Shown one piece after another: positions 20,849-31,464 of a stretch of 64,000 bases of DNA. Every line of letters starts with the position of its first letter. Position 1 is the first letter of the stretch. The stretch spans positions 3,422-67,421 of the forward strand of contig CAZWNK010000001.1 in NCBI GenBank assembly GCA_964635445.1, written 5' to 3'. The position numbers and the translations under genes were made by a program. Source of the DNA: an uncultured Candidatus Saccharibacteria bacterium (GTDB lineage Bacteria > Patescibacteriota > Saccharimonadia > Saccharimonadales > CAZDBS01). A model generated the notes under the pieces. It saw only the letters and a list, made by a program, of their open reading frames with translations. It was not told the origin of the DNA and did no database searches.

Positions 20849-23848
20849 ATGAAACGAATAAATTTTGACACGTTAAAGGGTAGTTTGAAGCGTACAAAAC
20901 AACGTAAGCCAGTCTCTATCAAGAAAGCGACATCAGTTCCTAAGATGTCGACTCCTGTAAATCAAAAGGCGTTGCTACAACGACGCAAGTCGCGCAAAGA
21001 TGCCAAATTCAAACGAAAGGCTGAGTTTTTAGCAAGCCTGCCTAAATCTCGTGTAAAACGAATCCTCTATCGCCTAGAGCCCAAACGCCTCGCATCATTT
21101 CTTTTCAGTCGTGATGGCGCTATCTTCATGCTCAAAGCAGCAGGTCTGGGTGTCGCAGCAGTTGTCCTACTCACCGTCATCGTCTTCACATATTACAGGC
21201 AGAGTCTACCCTCCGATATCAACGGCGAGCTCGCTAAGGTCAAACAAACGACCAAATTTTACGACCGCACTGGCAAAATCCTCCTCTATGAAGCGTACGG
21301 CGATCAGAATAGAACTGTGGTACCAATCGATCAGATGTCATTCAATATTCAGAAGGCCACGATCGCCCTCGAGGACAAAAACTTTTACAAACACGGTGGA
21401 TTTGATCCCAAAGGCGTACTGAGAGCGTTCATCAACAATATCACTGGTCGTGGCGACCAACAGGGTGGGTCCACATTGACACAACAGTTTGTAAAGAACC
21501 TGCTCTTCACCGATACCAAATATGAGCGTTCATATACACGGAAAATTAAAGAGCTCATATTGTCGATCGAGCTAGAGAGGCAATACAGCAAGGATCAGAT
21601 TTTGGCTTTTTATCTGAATCAGATTCCATATGGTCCCACAGAATACGGCATCGAAGCAGCTTCTAAGAGCTATTTCAATAAAGACGCCAAGGATCTGACT
21701 GTCGATGAAGCCGCTATGCTTGCTTCCATCCCGCAGCAACCACCTGCATTCAACCCCTATCGTGAAGCCAACAAAGACCGTCTACGCACCAAGCAACTCA
21801 GAGTCATCGACCTCATGCAAGAGCAAGGCTATATCAAAAAAGATGAGGCTGACGCCGCTAAGAAAGTTGATACATTTGCCAAGATAGTTCCGCTCGACCA
21901 GAAGAGTCGTTATACCACTGGCAATAAAGTCCCTCACTTCATGGACGAAGTCGAGGATCAACTCGTCGACCAACTCGGTAAAGGTACTGTCTATGAGGGC
22001 GGTCTCAAAGTTATCACGACCGTGGATATGCGCTTGCAAAACATTGCCCTTGATTCCATGAATGCATCTATGCGACTGATCGAAGCGCAAGGCGCAGATG
22101 ACGCCAATATCGTCGCGATCGACAACACGACAGGTCAAGTCCTCGCATATGTCGGAAGTCGTGATTATAACTATCCAGGCTTTGGCAATGTAGATACCTT
22201 GCAATCACTCTTGCAGCCAGGTTCAAGCATCAAGCCGTTCGACTACGCCGAGCTCTTCAAAGACCGTCCTGGACAAGATTACGCACCAGGCACCATCATG
22301 AAAGACGAGCCAATTGATATCAACGGCTATAAACCAGGTAACTCTGATGGTACATACAAAGGCAGCATGACTATCCGGACTGCGCTTGGTCAATCTCGAA
22401 ACACGACAGCTATCAAGGCTGCGTACATCTCCGGCATGGACAACATCATAAATCTTGCTCACGAAATGGGAGACAAAACATTCTGTACACGAGATGAGTG
22501 TGGACTCTCTGCTGCTATCGGTGGCGCCCGAGTTGTCCCCGTAGAACACGCCAACGCGTTCGCCTCACTTGCTCGTGGTGGCGTCTACAAAGATGTCACG
22601 TATGTACTCAAAGTCGAAAACGCCTCAGGCAAAACTATCAAAGAATGGAAAGATGATGGTGGTAAGCCGGTACTCAATGGTGAGGTGGCATATCTTATCT
22701 CCGATATCCTCTCCGATGACAGTGCTCGTGCCGGCTTATTCGGACGCAACTCTATCGGGTTCAATGTCCCAGGCGTCAAAGTTGCCGCCAAGTCAGGTAC
22801 GACAGATGATGGCACGCCTCAATCACGCGCGAAAGACAGTTGGTTGATGGGTTACAGCTCTAAGATCACTGTAGGCACATGGGTAGGCAACCACGACGGC
22901 CGCCCGCTACTCAATGGGTATCACACTGCTGGCGGCACGTTATTTGGCAAGTTCATGGAACGAGCCCACAAAGAAGTCCTAGCTGCTGACGGTACATGGA
23001 AAACGGGCGACTGGCTCGCAAGACCAGCTGGCATCAAGACACTCACTGTAGGTGGCAGAACTGACATCTATCCATCATGGTACTCGGTACCCAAAAACGG
23101 CAAAGACTATACGATGGATAAAGTTTCTAAGAAAAAGGCCACGGACTGTACGCCTGATCTAGCCAAAGAAACCATCACGTCAGTCTTGTACACTGATGCC
23201 GTAACCAAAAAAGACACTGAAGAGTCGCCGGAAGGATACGACATAACAAAGGATGACGACGTGCACCACTGTTCCGATGCGAAACCTTCAGTATCCCTGA
23301 CCTCTGATGATATGGGTGGAGGCGTCTATCGTCTCACCGCGAACTATACTTCGGGAAGCAACGACCTCACGACTGCAGACTTCTATGTCAACGACAGTAA
23401 GGTCTACTCTACCCCTATCAGTGGAAATGGTACGGTGAGTTACGATTACACATCGAGTGGTGGCGGATCGCTCAATTTCAAAGTACAAGTTATAGACAAA
23501 GTATTCTACGACGCAACCGACACGGCATCAGGCCTGTCGGCAGGATCACTAAGCCCGTCCGCGTCGAAAAGCGGCAACACAATAACGGTCGATTACAACT
23601 CAGTCAGTTCTGCCCATAGCTATCGAGTAACCTTCTCTAATACATCCAACGGCGGGAGTTATTCACCCGTCGACGCCGACGGCACAAGCCCCTATGTCGT
23701 CAACGCCAACACCGTAAAAGCAGCACCATCACTTCTCTGCGGCGCATCATGTTCAGTCAATGTGTCGGTGACAGCGTATTCCGGCAACAACGGCAATGGA
23801 TCATCCATCACTTCCTCGCCAGCAAGCGGCTCACCGATAAGTCTCTAG
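20849..23848 (+). CDS. Class A penicillin-binding protein with C-terminal beta-rich extension
   Basis: EDKNFYKH, GGSTLTQQ, RKIKE (transglycosylase); SSIK, SRN, KSGT (transpeptidase). Confidence 0.93.
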   Translation: MKRINFDTLKGSLKRTKQRKPVSIKKATSVPKMSTPVNQKALLQRRKSRKDAKFKRKAEFLASLPKSRVKRILYRLEPKRLASFLFSRDGAIFMLKAAGLGVAAVVLLTVIVFTYYRQSLPSDINGELAKVKQTTKFYDRTGKILLYEAYGDQNRTVVPIDQMSFNIQKATIALEDKNFYKHGGFDPKGVLRAFINNITGRGDQQGGSTLTQQFVKNLLFTDTKYERSYTRKIKELILSIELERQYSKDQILAFYLNQIPYGPTEYGIEAASKSYFNKDAKDLTVDEAAMLASIPQQPPAFNPYREANKDRLRTKQLRVIDLMQEQGYIKKDEADAAKKVDTFAKIVPLDQKSRYTTGNKVPHFMDEVEDQLVDQLGKGTVYEGGLKVITTVDMRLQNIALDSMNASMRLIEAQGADDANIVAIDNTTGQVLAYVGSRDYNYPGFGNVDTLQSLLQPGSSIKPFDYAELFKDRPGQDYAPGTIMKDEPIDINGYKPGNSDGTYKGSMTIRTALGQSRNTTAIKAAYISGMDNIINLAHEMGDKTFCTRDECGLSAAIGGARVVPVEHANAFASLARGGVYKDVTYVLKVENASGKTIKEWKDDGGKPVLNGEVAYLISDILSDDSARAGLFGRNSIGFNVPGVKVAAKSGTTDDGTPQSRAKDSWLMGYSSKITVGTWVGNHDGRPLLNGYHTAGGTLFGKFMERAHKEVLAADGTWKTGDWLARPAGIKTLTVGGRTDIYPSWYSVPKNGKDYTMDKVSKKKATDCTPDLAKETITSVLYTDAVTKKDTEESPEGYDITKDDDVHHCSDAKPSVSLTSDDMGGGVYRLTANYTSGSNDLTTADFYVNDSKVYSTPISGNGTVSYDYTSSGGGSLNFKVQVIDKVFYDATDTASGLSAGSLSPSASKSGNTITVDYNSVSSAHSYRVTFSNTSNGGSYSPVDADGTSPYVVNANTVKAAPSLLCGASCSVNVSVTAYSGNNGNGSSITSSPASGSPISL

Positions 23849-23865
23849 CGTAATCACAAAAAACT

Positions 23866-24621
23866 TTAGACGCTTGCTTTGGTCTTCTGCGAGAGATGTT
23901 TCTTTGATTGGATTGTACGGGGCTTCATCTCATGCACTGGATGTGCGAATAGCATCTTGCCTGCCACGGTTTGGAAGGTTCGATCAATCTCTATATCAAT
24001 AGACCTGCCAATGGCATGAAAAGCTCGATCGACAACCACCATCGTGCCGTCTTCTAGATATCCGACACCTTGATCACGCCCTTCTCCGCGTTGGATAATT
24101 TTCACTTCGCGCCTCTCGCCCGGGAGTACGACTGGTCGCATGCTTTGCGCCAGTTCATTGACGTTGAGTACAGTGACGCCCGCTATGGCCGCTACCTTCC
24201 CGAGATTGAAGTCTGTCGTATACAGCTGAGCGTTTAGTTTCTTGGCAAGCGCTACCAACTTATCATCCACTTCTTGTATATGCGTGAAATCACTCCCATC
24301 GACGATGACATCGCATTGATTGGAGTCTTGAAGCTCTCTCACGATCTCCAAACCAAATCGAGCACGTTCGCGCTTATGACTGTCGCCGCCATCTGCTAGT
24401 CCTTGCAGCTCACGTATGACAAAACTAGGGATCACTAACTGCTCTGGCATAAATCCATTTCGCACGAGTTCGACGATCCGTCCATCGATGAGCGCACACG
24501 TATCAACTACAACGATGCGGTGTTTGGATGATTTTTTTGGTTGCTGCGGTTTTGCCCCAAAAACCTTGGCGCCGATAATAACGGTGACCCCAAGTGTTAT
24601 GTATTGGATGGCTTCATTCAT
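23866..24621 (-). CDS. PIN/TRAM domain protein (YacL-like)
   Basis: VDTCALIDGRI, TTDFNL, GVGYLEDGTMVVV; adjacent to radA. Confidence 0.9.
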   Translation of the reverse strand: MNEAIQYITLGVTVIIGAKVFGAKPQQPKKSSKHRIVVVDTCALIDGRIVELVRNGFMPEQLVIPSFVIRELQGLADGGDSHKRERARFGLEIVRELQDSNQCDVIVDGSDFTHIQEVDDKLVALAKKLNAQLYTTDFNLGKVAAIAGVTVLNVNELAQSMRPVVLPGERREVKIIQRGEGRDQGVGYLEDGTMVVVDRAFHAIGRSIDIEIDRTFQTVAGKMLFAHPVHEMKPRTIQSKKHLSQKTKASV

Positions 24622-24634
24622 ATTTATGTATTCC

Positions 24635-25975
24635 TTAATCTTTTTCTAGAAATGTATTGAGTGCTTCTCGTACTGACGATACTGATGTCAGGAATGCACT
24701 TTTTTTGCTACTTTTGGGCCCAAGAGCACCATCAAAACCGAGTTTCTTAGCTTCATCGATTCTTCGCTCAATCATTGGGACATGACGCACCTCGCCACTC
24801 AGACCCACTTCGCCGAAGACGACAACATTTTTCTTGAGCATCATGCCCTTGGCAGCCGAAGCGATCGCCATACAAACTGCGAGATCGGCTGCTGGCTCGG
24901 TTATTCGTATACCACCCACTATATTGACATAGACATCCATCTCACTCAAGTTGAGCTTCGTACGACGCGTGAGCATCGCTATCAGCAATGTTACGCGATT
25001 GAGGTCAATTCCTGATGCCGCTCTCTTGGGATAGCCAAACGATGTTGGCGAGACCAGTGCCTGCACCTCCACGAGAATTGGTCGCGTACCTTCCATAGTC
25101 GCCATGACGATAGAGCCGTCGCTCATTTGCCGTTCTGCCAACAAAGCCGCTGAAGGATTGGACACAGGCATCATACCCTTCTCGGTCATTTCGAAGATAC
25201 CAGCTTCATTGGTCGAGCCGAAGCGGTTTTTGATAGCTCGAAGCAGCTTAAACCCACCATATCTATCCCCCTCTAGATTCAAAACAACATCCACGAGATG
25301 CTCCAGAACCTTCGGCCCGGCTATGGCGCCTTCTTTTGTCACATGCCCAACTAGTATAAGTGCCGTCTTGCTATTTTTGGCGGCGAGTGTGAGCAACTGC
25401 GTGCTATTTGTTATCTGACTGACAGAGCCTGCTGCAGAGGATATAGCGCCGATAGTTATTGTCTGGATCGAATCAACGATGACGAGGTCATAGGTGGCCT
25501 CTGCGATTGTCGCAGCTATATCATCTGCACTGTTTGAGGTTACAAGTGACAACTTAGCTGCATTCGTGCCCAATCTGTTACTGCGTAGTTTGACTTGAGC
25601 GATCGACTCTTCACCACTCACATAGAGTACGTCGTGATGTTCGCCGATAGCTGCCGCAACCTGTAAAAGAATCGTCGATTTCCCAATACCAGGTTGCCCT
25701 GCTATGAGATTGACGCTTGCTTTGACGAATCCGCCCCCCAGTACTTGATCAATTTCTGGTATGTTTGTCGGCAATCTTCCTGCATCTTCCGTCGTATCAA
25801 CATCTTTGATATGTGCTGCCTTCAGACCTCTGCCGGAGCTCGTCAGTGCGCTTGCAACATCGAGCTGTTCGCTTATTGTATTCCACTCACCACAACTCGA
25901 GCATTTCCCTGCCCAACGTGTATAGACCGCACCACAATTCGCACACACATACTGAATACTTGCTTTTTTCGCCAT
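24635..25975 (-). CDS. radA: DNA repair protein RadA/Sms
   Basis: CxxC..CxxC, GQPGIGKST, KNRFG, Lon-like C-terminus. Confidence 0.97.
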   Translation of the reverse strand: MAKKASIQYVCANCGAVYTRWAGKCSSCGEWNTISEQLDVASALTSSGRGLKAAHIKDVDTTEDAGRLPTNIPEIDQVLGGGFVKASVNLIAGQPGIGKSTILLQVAAAIGEHHDVLYVSGEESIAQVKLRSNRLGTNAAKLSLVTSNSADDIAATIAEATYDLVIVDSIQTITIGAISSAAGSVSQITNSTQLLTLAAKNSKTALILVGHVTKEGAIAGPKVLEHLVDVVLNLEGDRYGGFKLLRAIKNRFGSTNEAGIFEMTEKGMMPVSNPSAALLAERQMSDGSIVMATMEGTRPILVEVQALVSPTSFGYPKRAASGIDLNRVTLLIAMLTRRTKLNLSEMDVYVNIVGGIRITEPAADLAVCMAIASAAKGMMLKKNVVVFGEVGLSGEVRHVPMIERRIDEAKKLGFDGALGPKSSKKSAFLTSVSSVREALNTFLEKD

Positions 25976-25999
25976 TAATTTATTCTAGCATTAGTAAGA

Positions 26000-26971
26000 T
26001 TATTTTGATTCGAGAGGTTGATATTTGCTGTCGATCGTCTGAGTCAATTCTTTTTGGGTGACCACGATTGCATTGCGCTCTTTGACGATTGCATTGTATT
26101 GATTGATAAGTGAGTTGAGCGTATTTACGCCTGCGTTGAAAGCTCTCACTTTACTATTGAACAACGGTACTTGCGTATTGTACTGTGCATACCTCTTTTG
26201 GTTGAGATTATCGTCCATCGATGCTCGCATAGTATTGAGTGAGGCACGTTGCTGTTCAAGTGATGTTTGTTGTAAATCGATCTGAGCTTTGAGACTCTCG
26301 ATTTGCGTGTCATACAAAGCAACTTTCTTTTGTAAGTCAGTAAACACCGACTCATACTGATCACTCAGTCGAACGACCAGACTTCGATCAGTAAAATACT
26401 TCTTGTAGTGAGCTTCCAGATCAGGTCCGATATTCTTGACTTCTGTTCCCAATATCGAATGAAGTTCATTCGGAACGGACGAGGGGTCATCTTTCTGATA
26501 CGTTGCAACAAGACTTTTGAGATGATCATCCGTAGACGCGGCATACGCTGCCATGACGAGCGTATCTATTCGATCACGCTCGCGTTTGGACATGCGCGCA
26601 TACACAGCATGCAGGGTCTCGTGCGCTATGGTTACTTCTTCTACACCACTTAAACGTGGGTCATCAACCTTCAGTATATATACTCGGCTACCCGTATAGC
26701 ACCCGAGCACAATAGTCTTTTCTTCGACAGGGCAATCGTTGTTGAAGCTCGATTTTTCGTCTATTTGCGGCTTGCTAGCGAAAAGGATTCGTTGACTAGA
26801 GGAGGATAGACCAGCACGACTCACAAGCCCTGCGACAGCACTGGACGGCTGGTAGTTCCGTGTGACTATCCAGTCATGGACCGCATAGCGATTGGTGATC
26901 ACGACAAAGCCTATGGCTATAATTGCCACGGACAATACACCCGACACAACCCGCTTTGTCACACGACTCAT
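26000..26971 (-). CDS. Membrane-anchored HExxH protein with C-terminal coiled coil
   Basis: N-terminal TM, AHETLHA..NELHS, Gln-rich heptads. Confidence 0.7.
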   Translation of the reverse strand: MSRVTKRVVSGVLSVAIIAIGFVVITNRYAVHDWIVTRNYQPSSAVAGLVSRAGLSSSSQRILFASKPQIDEKSSFNNDCPVEEKTIVLGCYTGSRVYILKVDDPRLSGVEEVTIAHETLHAVYARMSKRERDRIDTLVMAAYAASTDDHLKSLVATYQKDDPSSVPNELHSILGTEVKNIGPDLEAHYKKYFTDRSLVVRLSDQYESVFTDLQKKVALYDTQIESLKAQIDLQQTSLEQQRASLNTMRASMDDNLNQKRYAQYNTQVPLFNSKVRAFNAGVNTLNSLINQYNAIVKERNAIVVTQKELTQTIDSKYQPLESK

Positions 26972-26998
26972 TACCTACTGAGTATACACTGCTTATGA

Positions 26999-29470
26999 CT
27001 ATTCACTGACGAGTTTGAACGAGAGTTTGTCACTCTTAGCATCGACGGCGATTGTATCGCCTTTTTTATAGGTTCCTGACAATAGGCCATCAGCGATTTC
27101 GTCTTCGAGTTTGTCTTGTATGATACGGCGCAGTGGTCGGACGCCATTCTGCGCGTCGTACCCATGATCAATCAGATAGCGCTTGACGCTTGGTGTGACA
27201 TGGAGTGCCAGACCTGTCTTGCGTAAACGGTCACTAAGTTCTTTGAGCTGAAGCTCGAGAATACTTTCGGCATTTTTCTTAGTCAATGCGCGGAAAACGA
27301 TGATTTTGTCAATACGGTTTATGAGCTCTGGGCGCATCAACTTCTTCACCTCATCCATTACCTTGTCGGTATTCGTGTTGTGCATGGATTCAAGATCTTT
27401 GGCATCATCTTTGGTTGTCGCACTGAAGCCGAGCGTGGCTTCTTTCTGAAGTTTCTGTGCTCCGATGTTGCTAGTCATGATGATGACTGTATTCGTGAAA
27501 TCAACACGACGGCCTTTAGCATCTGTGAGGTATCCGTCTTCAAGCATCTGCAGAAGGATGTTGAATACTTCAGGATGAGCTTTTTCGATTTCATCGAAAA
27601 GTACAAGCGAATACGGTTGTCGTCTGACTTTTTCTGTCAACTGACCTGCATCTTCATAGCCGACATAGCCAGCTGGAGCCCCAACAAGACGCGACACAGT
27701 GTGGCGCTCACCAAACTCACTCATATCAATTTTGACAAGAGATTTCTCACTACCAAAATATTCACGAGCCAGGACTCGTGCCAGCTCTGTTTTACCGACA
27801 CCAGTAGGTCCGAGAAATATAAACGAACCAATCGGACGACGCGCATCACTGATACCTGAACGGTTTCGACGAATCGCACGCGCCACGGCCGCGACAGCTT
27901 CATCCTGACCCATGACATGTGCTCCTAAAAGTTTTTCGAGTCCCAATAGAGCCTTGGCTTCTGTCTTCACAACTTTCGACACCGGCACGCCAGTCATCGT
28001 AGCGACAACATGCGCAATGTCATCACTCGTCAAAGCAAGGTCAGTCGTCTCACTTTCCGATGTTTTCAGTGCTTCGAGTTGCTTATTGATCTGACTCATG
28101 CGAGTTTTGTATTTCGCAGCCTTTTCGTAGTCCTCGGCATCAACAGCTTCTTCCATGCGAGCCGTGACACTTCGGAGTTCCTTTTGAAGTTTGCGTTGTT
28201 CGGGTTTTACTTTATGGCGCTCAATCCGTACATGAGATGCCGCCTCATCGATCAGGTCGATGGCTTTATCAGGCATGTAACGGTCATTGACATACCGTTT
28301 TGCCATCAATACAGCATCTTCGATGACTTCATCCGAGATCTTCACACCGTGATGCGACTCATATTGCTTCTTAAGCCCTTTGAGAATGGCAATTGTCTCC
28401 TGAACAGTAGTCTCAGGGACGACAACGGGCTGAAAACGACGTTCCAGGGCGACATCTTTCTCTACATATTTGCGATACTCGTCCATAGTGGTCGCCCCGA
28501 TGACGCGCATCTTGCCACGAGCCAGCGCAGGTTTGAGTATGTTGCCAGCATCGATAGAACCTTCGGCCGCTCCAGCACCCACGATTAAGTGTAGCTCGTC
28601 GATAAACACGATGATATTGGGGTCGCTGACGATTTCATCCATGACTTTTTTGAGACGTTCTTCAAATTCGCCACGATATTTCGTACCCGCCACCATGCCA
28701 GCAAGATCCAACATCACGACGCGTTTCTCCAATAACACATCAGGCACATCCTCTTGAACAATACGTTGCGCGAGTCCCTCGACGATGGCTGTTTTACCGA
28801 CCCCAGGTTCACCGATGAGCACTGGATTGTTTTTTGTACGTCGACCTAGAATTGTCACCATTCGTTTGATCTGAGGTTCACGACCGACAACAGGATCGAG
28901 TTCACCCATGCGAGCTTTTTCAGTCAGGTCAGTGCCAAAATAGTCGAGTGCACTACCACGCTTCTTGCCTTTGCGCTTTGTACGAGTCGAACTTTCATCA
29001 TCATCTTGTTGTCGATTGAGATACTGCTCCAATTCATTCATGATGGAGTCCACATTGACATTCATCTCGTATAGCAACTGAGTGCCTCGCGCGTTTTTCT
29101 GGCTGAGTAGCCCGTAGAGGATGTGCTCGGTACCGCAATAATCTTGACTGTATTCTTGAGCGATATCCCAACTCATTTTAAGTGTCAGTTTGGCTGTCTC
29201 GCTCAACCCTTTACTGCCGAGATTGATGACCAGTGTCTTTGGCGTCATATTTAGTGCCATCCGCGCACGATCAATAGAAACACCGTTCGTTTGCAATATC
29301 TTCGATCCGATTGAGCCATCTTGAGCCAAGACACCGAGTAAAAGGTGCTCCGTCCCGATGTATGCGGAACCGAAGCTCCGCGCTATGGCGTCAGCATGCT
29401 GCAAACTCGCCCGAGCATTATCGGTAAGGTGTCGTATAAAATCTGCAAATTCTTGATAGTCTTCTGGCAT
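26999..29470 (-). CDS. clpC: ATP-dependent Clp protease ATP-binding subunit ClpC
   Basis: Clp-N repeats, [11 protein letters not shown]-like middle domain, GPTGVGKTE. Confidence 0.93.
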   Translation of the reverse strand: MPEDYQEFADFIRHLTDNARASLQHADAIARSFGSAYIGTEHLLLGVLAQDGSIGSKILQTNGVSIDRARMALNMTPKTLVINLGSKGLSETAKLTLKMSWDIAQEYSQDYCGTEHILYGLLSQKNARGTQLLYEMNVNVDSIMNELEQYLNRQQDDDESSTRTKRKGKKRGSALDYFGTDLTEKARMGELDPVVGREPQIKRMVTILGRRTKNNPVLIGEPGVGKTAIVEGLAQRIVQEDVPDVLLEKRVVMLDLAGMVAGTKYRGEFEERLKKVMDEIVSDPNIIVFIDELHLIVGAGAAEGSIDAGNILKPALARGKMRVIGATTMDEYRKYVEKDVALERRFQPVVVPETTVQETIAILKGLKKQYESHHGVKISDEVIEDAVLMAKRYVNDRYMPDKAIDLIDEAASHVRIERHKVKPEQRKLQKELRSVTARMEEAVDAEDYEKAAKYKTRMSQINKQLEALKTSESETTDLALTSDDIAHVVATMTGVPVSKVVKTEAKALLGLEKLLGAHVMGQDEAVAAVARAIRRNRSGISDARRPIGSFIFLGPTGVGKTELARVLAREYFGSEKSLVKIDMSEFGERHTVSRLVGAPAGYVGYEDAGQLTEKVRRQPYSLVLFDEIEKAHPEVFNILLQMLEDGYLTDAKGRRVDFTNTVIIMTSNIGAQKLQKEATLGFSATTKDDAKDLESMHNTNTDKVMDEVKKLMRPELINRIDKIIVFRALTKKNAESILELQLKELSDRLRKTGLALHVTPSVKRYLIDHGYDAQNGVRPLRRIIQDKLEDEIADGLLSGTYKKGDTIAVDAKSDKLSFKLVSE

Positions 29471-29537
29471 AAAATCCCACTTTCTACCCATCCAAGTTAG
29501 CGGTTTTATTTCCTGGGATACACCTATGATACTAAAA

Positions 29538-29564
29538 CTAGCACTCTCAATGCAAGAGTGCTAA
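29538..29564. promoter_or_regulatory. CIRCE element upstream of clpC
   Basis: CTAGCACTC-N9-GAGTGCTAA (one mismatch to consensus). Confidence 0.9.
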
Positions 29565-29582
29565 ACGCTATGCTGACGCTGG

Positions 29583-29701
29583 CTTATGAGAAGAGGTGAT
29601 TCCTCTTCTCATCCCTCTCCGCTTCCACTTACAGCTGCAGCGGATTCGGTGCTCTTCTCCCCAAATGAGACAAAAAGACCGGAATAAATCCGGCTTTTTG
29701 T
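29583..29701 (-). repeat. Repeat family A, copy 3 (first hairpin may also terminate nusA)
   Basis: Homologous to 9522-9621 with compensatory stem changes. Confidence 0.82.
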
Positions 29702-29723
29702 AAGTTTAACTAGCCACGAGCCG

Positions 29724-30914
29724 TTATTCGCTCTTCTCGGAAGTCTCTTCTCCATGTTCATCGATAGCACTGAGGAGGGAGCTTTCGAGCTCGTCTTTGC
29801 GCTTCAGCTTCTGCACGACTTGCTTCTCCTTGACCTCAACCTCACCACCTTCTTCGGTTACAGGTGTGCCGTCACGGACAGCAGCAATATCAAGCTCATA
29901 GCCAGTCAGCTTGCTAGCAAGACGAACGTTTTGACCACCTTTACCGATAGCTATCGAAAGCTGGTCTTCGGGAACACGAACGATCGCGTGTTTTTTGGCT
30001 TCATCGATTTCGACCACAGCAACTTGTGTTGGTGAGAGTGCATTACGGATAAAGCTTTGAGCATCTTCATCAAAAACGATGATGTCGATCTTTTCTTGAT
30101 CACCAATCTCGCCCATGACTGCCTGAACACGGGTACCGTGTCCACCGACGAATGTGCCAACCGGGTCTACGCCTTGTACTTTGCTAGCAACTGCTAACTT
30201 CGTTCGTACTCCGGCCTCACGAGCAATCGCTCGGATTTCTACGGCGCCGCTTTCCATCTCAGGAACTTCTTGACGGAACAGGTATTCGATAAATTCAGTG
30301 TTGGCGCGCGAAACGATCAACTGTGGACCACGAGGCCCTCTTTCAACATCCTTGAGAAATACTTTGACACGAGCTCCAATACTCATTCGTTCACCAGGAA
30401 TCTGTTCGCTCATTGGCATGATAGCTTGCGCTTTGCCCAGGTCTAGTCGTACCAAACGTCCCTCTACCCGTGATACGGTCGCGTTGATGACTGTGCCGAT
30501 CTTATCTTCATACTCATTCATAACGATCTCTCGCTCTGCTTCTCGGAGTCGTTGCAGTATAACTTGCTTAGCGGTTTGTGCTGCTACGCGACCAAATGTC
30601 TTTGGTTTGTCCTTGATCTCGACAACGTCTTCCAATTTGGCGTCTTTATTGATCTTTTTGGCATCCTCAAGTGTAATCTGCGTGAAATCATCTTCGACAT
30701 TCTCGACAACGACTTTGCTGATAAATACTTCTACATCACCCGTGTTTACGTTTATTTGAGCGCGAACTTCTTGCTCGCGATCACCGAAATCTTTGCGATA
30801 CGCAGCAGCGAGTGCTTGTTCGAGCACTTCCTGAACGGTATCTTCTGGTAAGTTTTTTTCCTCAGCAATTTGTCGCACAGCGAGTGCGAGAGCTTTGGCG
30901 TCTATTTCATTCAT
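29724..30914 (-). CDS. nusA: Transcription termination factor NusA
   Basis: FGRVAAQTAKQVI, S1 and KH domains, AIGKGGQNVRLA. Confidence 0.97.
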   Translation of the reverse strand: MNEIDAKALALAVRQIAEEKNLPEDTVQEVLEQALAAAYRKDFGDREQEVRAQINVNTGDVEVFISKVVVENVEDDFTQITLEDAKKINKDAKLEDVVEIKDKPKTFGRVAAQTAKQVILQRLREAEREIVMNEYEDKIGTVINATVSRVEGRLVRLDLGKAQAIMPMSEQIPGERMSIGARVKVFLKDVERGPRGPQLIVSRANTEFIEYLFRQEVPEMESGAVEIRAIAREAGVRTKLAVASKVQGVDPVGTFVGGHGTRVQAVMGEIGDQEKIDIIVFDEDAQSFIRNALSPTQVAVVEIDEAKKHAIVRVPEDQLSIAIGKGGQNVRLASKLTGYELDIAAVRDGTPVTEEGGEVEVKEKQVVQKLKRKDELESSLLSAIDEHGEETSEKSE

Positions 30915-30934
30915 ATTTTCCTCTATTTCTTATT

Positions 30935-30958
30935 AAAAAATCCGACCTGCTGGCCGGA
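30935..30958 (-). terminator. Terminator in the nusA 5' leader
   Basis: TCCGGCC-AGCA-GGTCGGA-TTTTTT between promoter and start codon. Confidence 0.7.
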
Positions 30959-30972
30959 TACTTCTGAAGATA

Positions 30973-31001
30973 AATATAGCAAAAACACTCAAAACTGTCA
31001 A
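30973..31001 (-). promoter_or_regulatory. Sigma70 promoter of nusA
   Basis: TTGACA-N17-TATATT with extended TG. Confidence 0.7.
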
Positions 31002-31029
31002 CTGCGCGCAAGCCTGATACAATGTTCCC

Positions 31030-31464
31030 ATGAAATCAGTCCACCCATTCGTAGCTACCTCATATGGCGTTGATCTCATCGAGTCAACTGATTATATAGA
31101 GTGTCAGTGTACTATCGAGGGCAACAAGATGAAGCCAAGTCATCGGATCACACTGCACGTTGCAGGACTCAAGACACTCGACGCATCTCTCGAACGAATT
31201 ACCAAAGGTAAGCGTGAACATATACCGATCTCGCGCATCAACCATCACCGTTCATTCGGTGAAATTAGACTTCACACCGATATCATGCTCTATCCTGGAC
31301 ACTACGTACTACACGTTACAACTCGATCACCCAGAAACGAGCAAACAATCCTTGCCATCAAAAATGCGGAACAGGAATTCACTAAGTCAGCAGCGTCGGC
31401 ACTACCCTATGTCTATGTAGAGAATGACACTAGGGTTTCGATCAATAAAAAATCTGCTTCTTGA
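31030..31464 (+). CDS. Hypothetical protein
   Basis: 144-aa ORF preceded by TGaTACAAT-N6-ATG. Confidence 0.55.
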   Translation: MKSVHPFVATSYGVDLIESTDYIECQCTIEGNKMKPSHRITLHVAGLKTLDASLERITKGKREHIPISRINHHRSFGEIRLHTDIMLYPGHYVLHVTTRSPRNEQTILAIKNAEQEFTKSAASALPYVYVENDTRVSINKKSAS

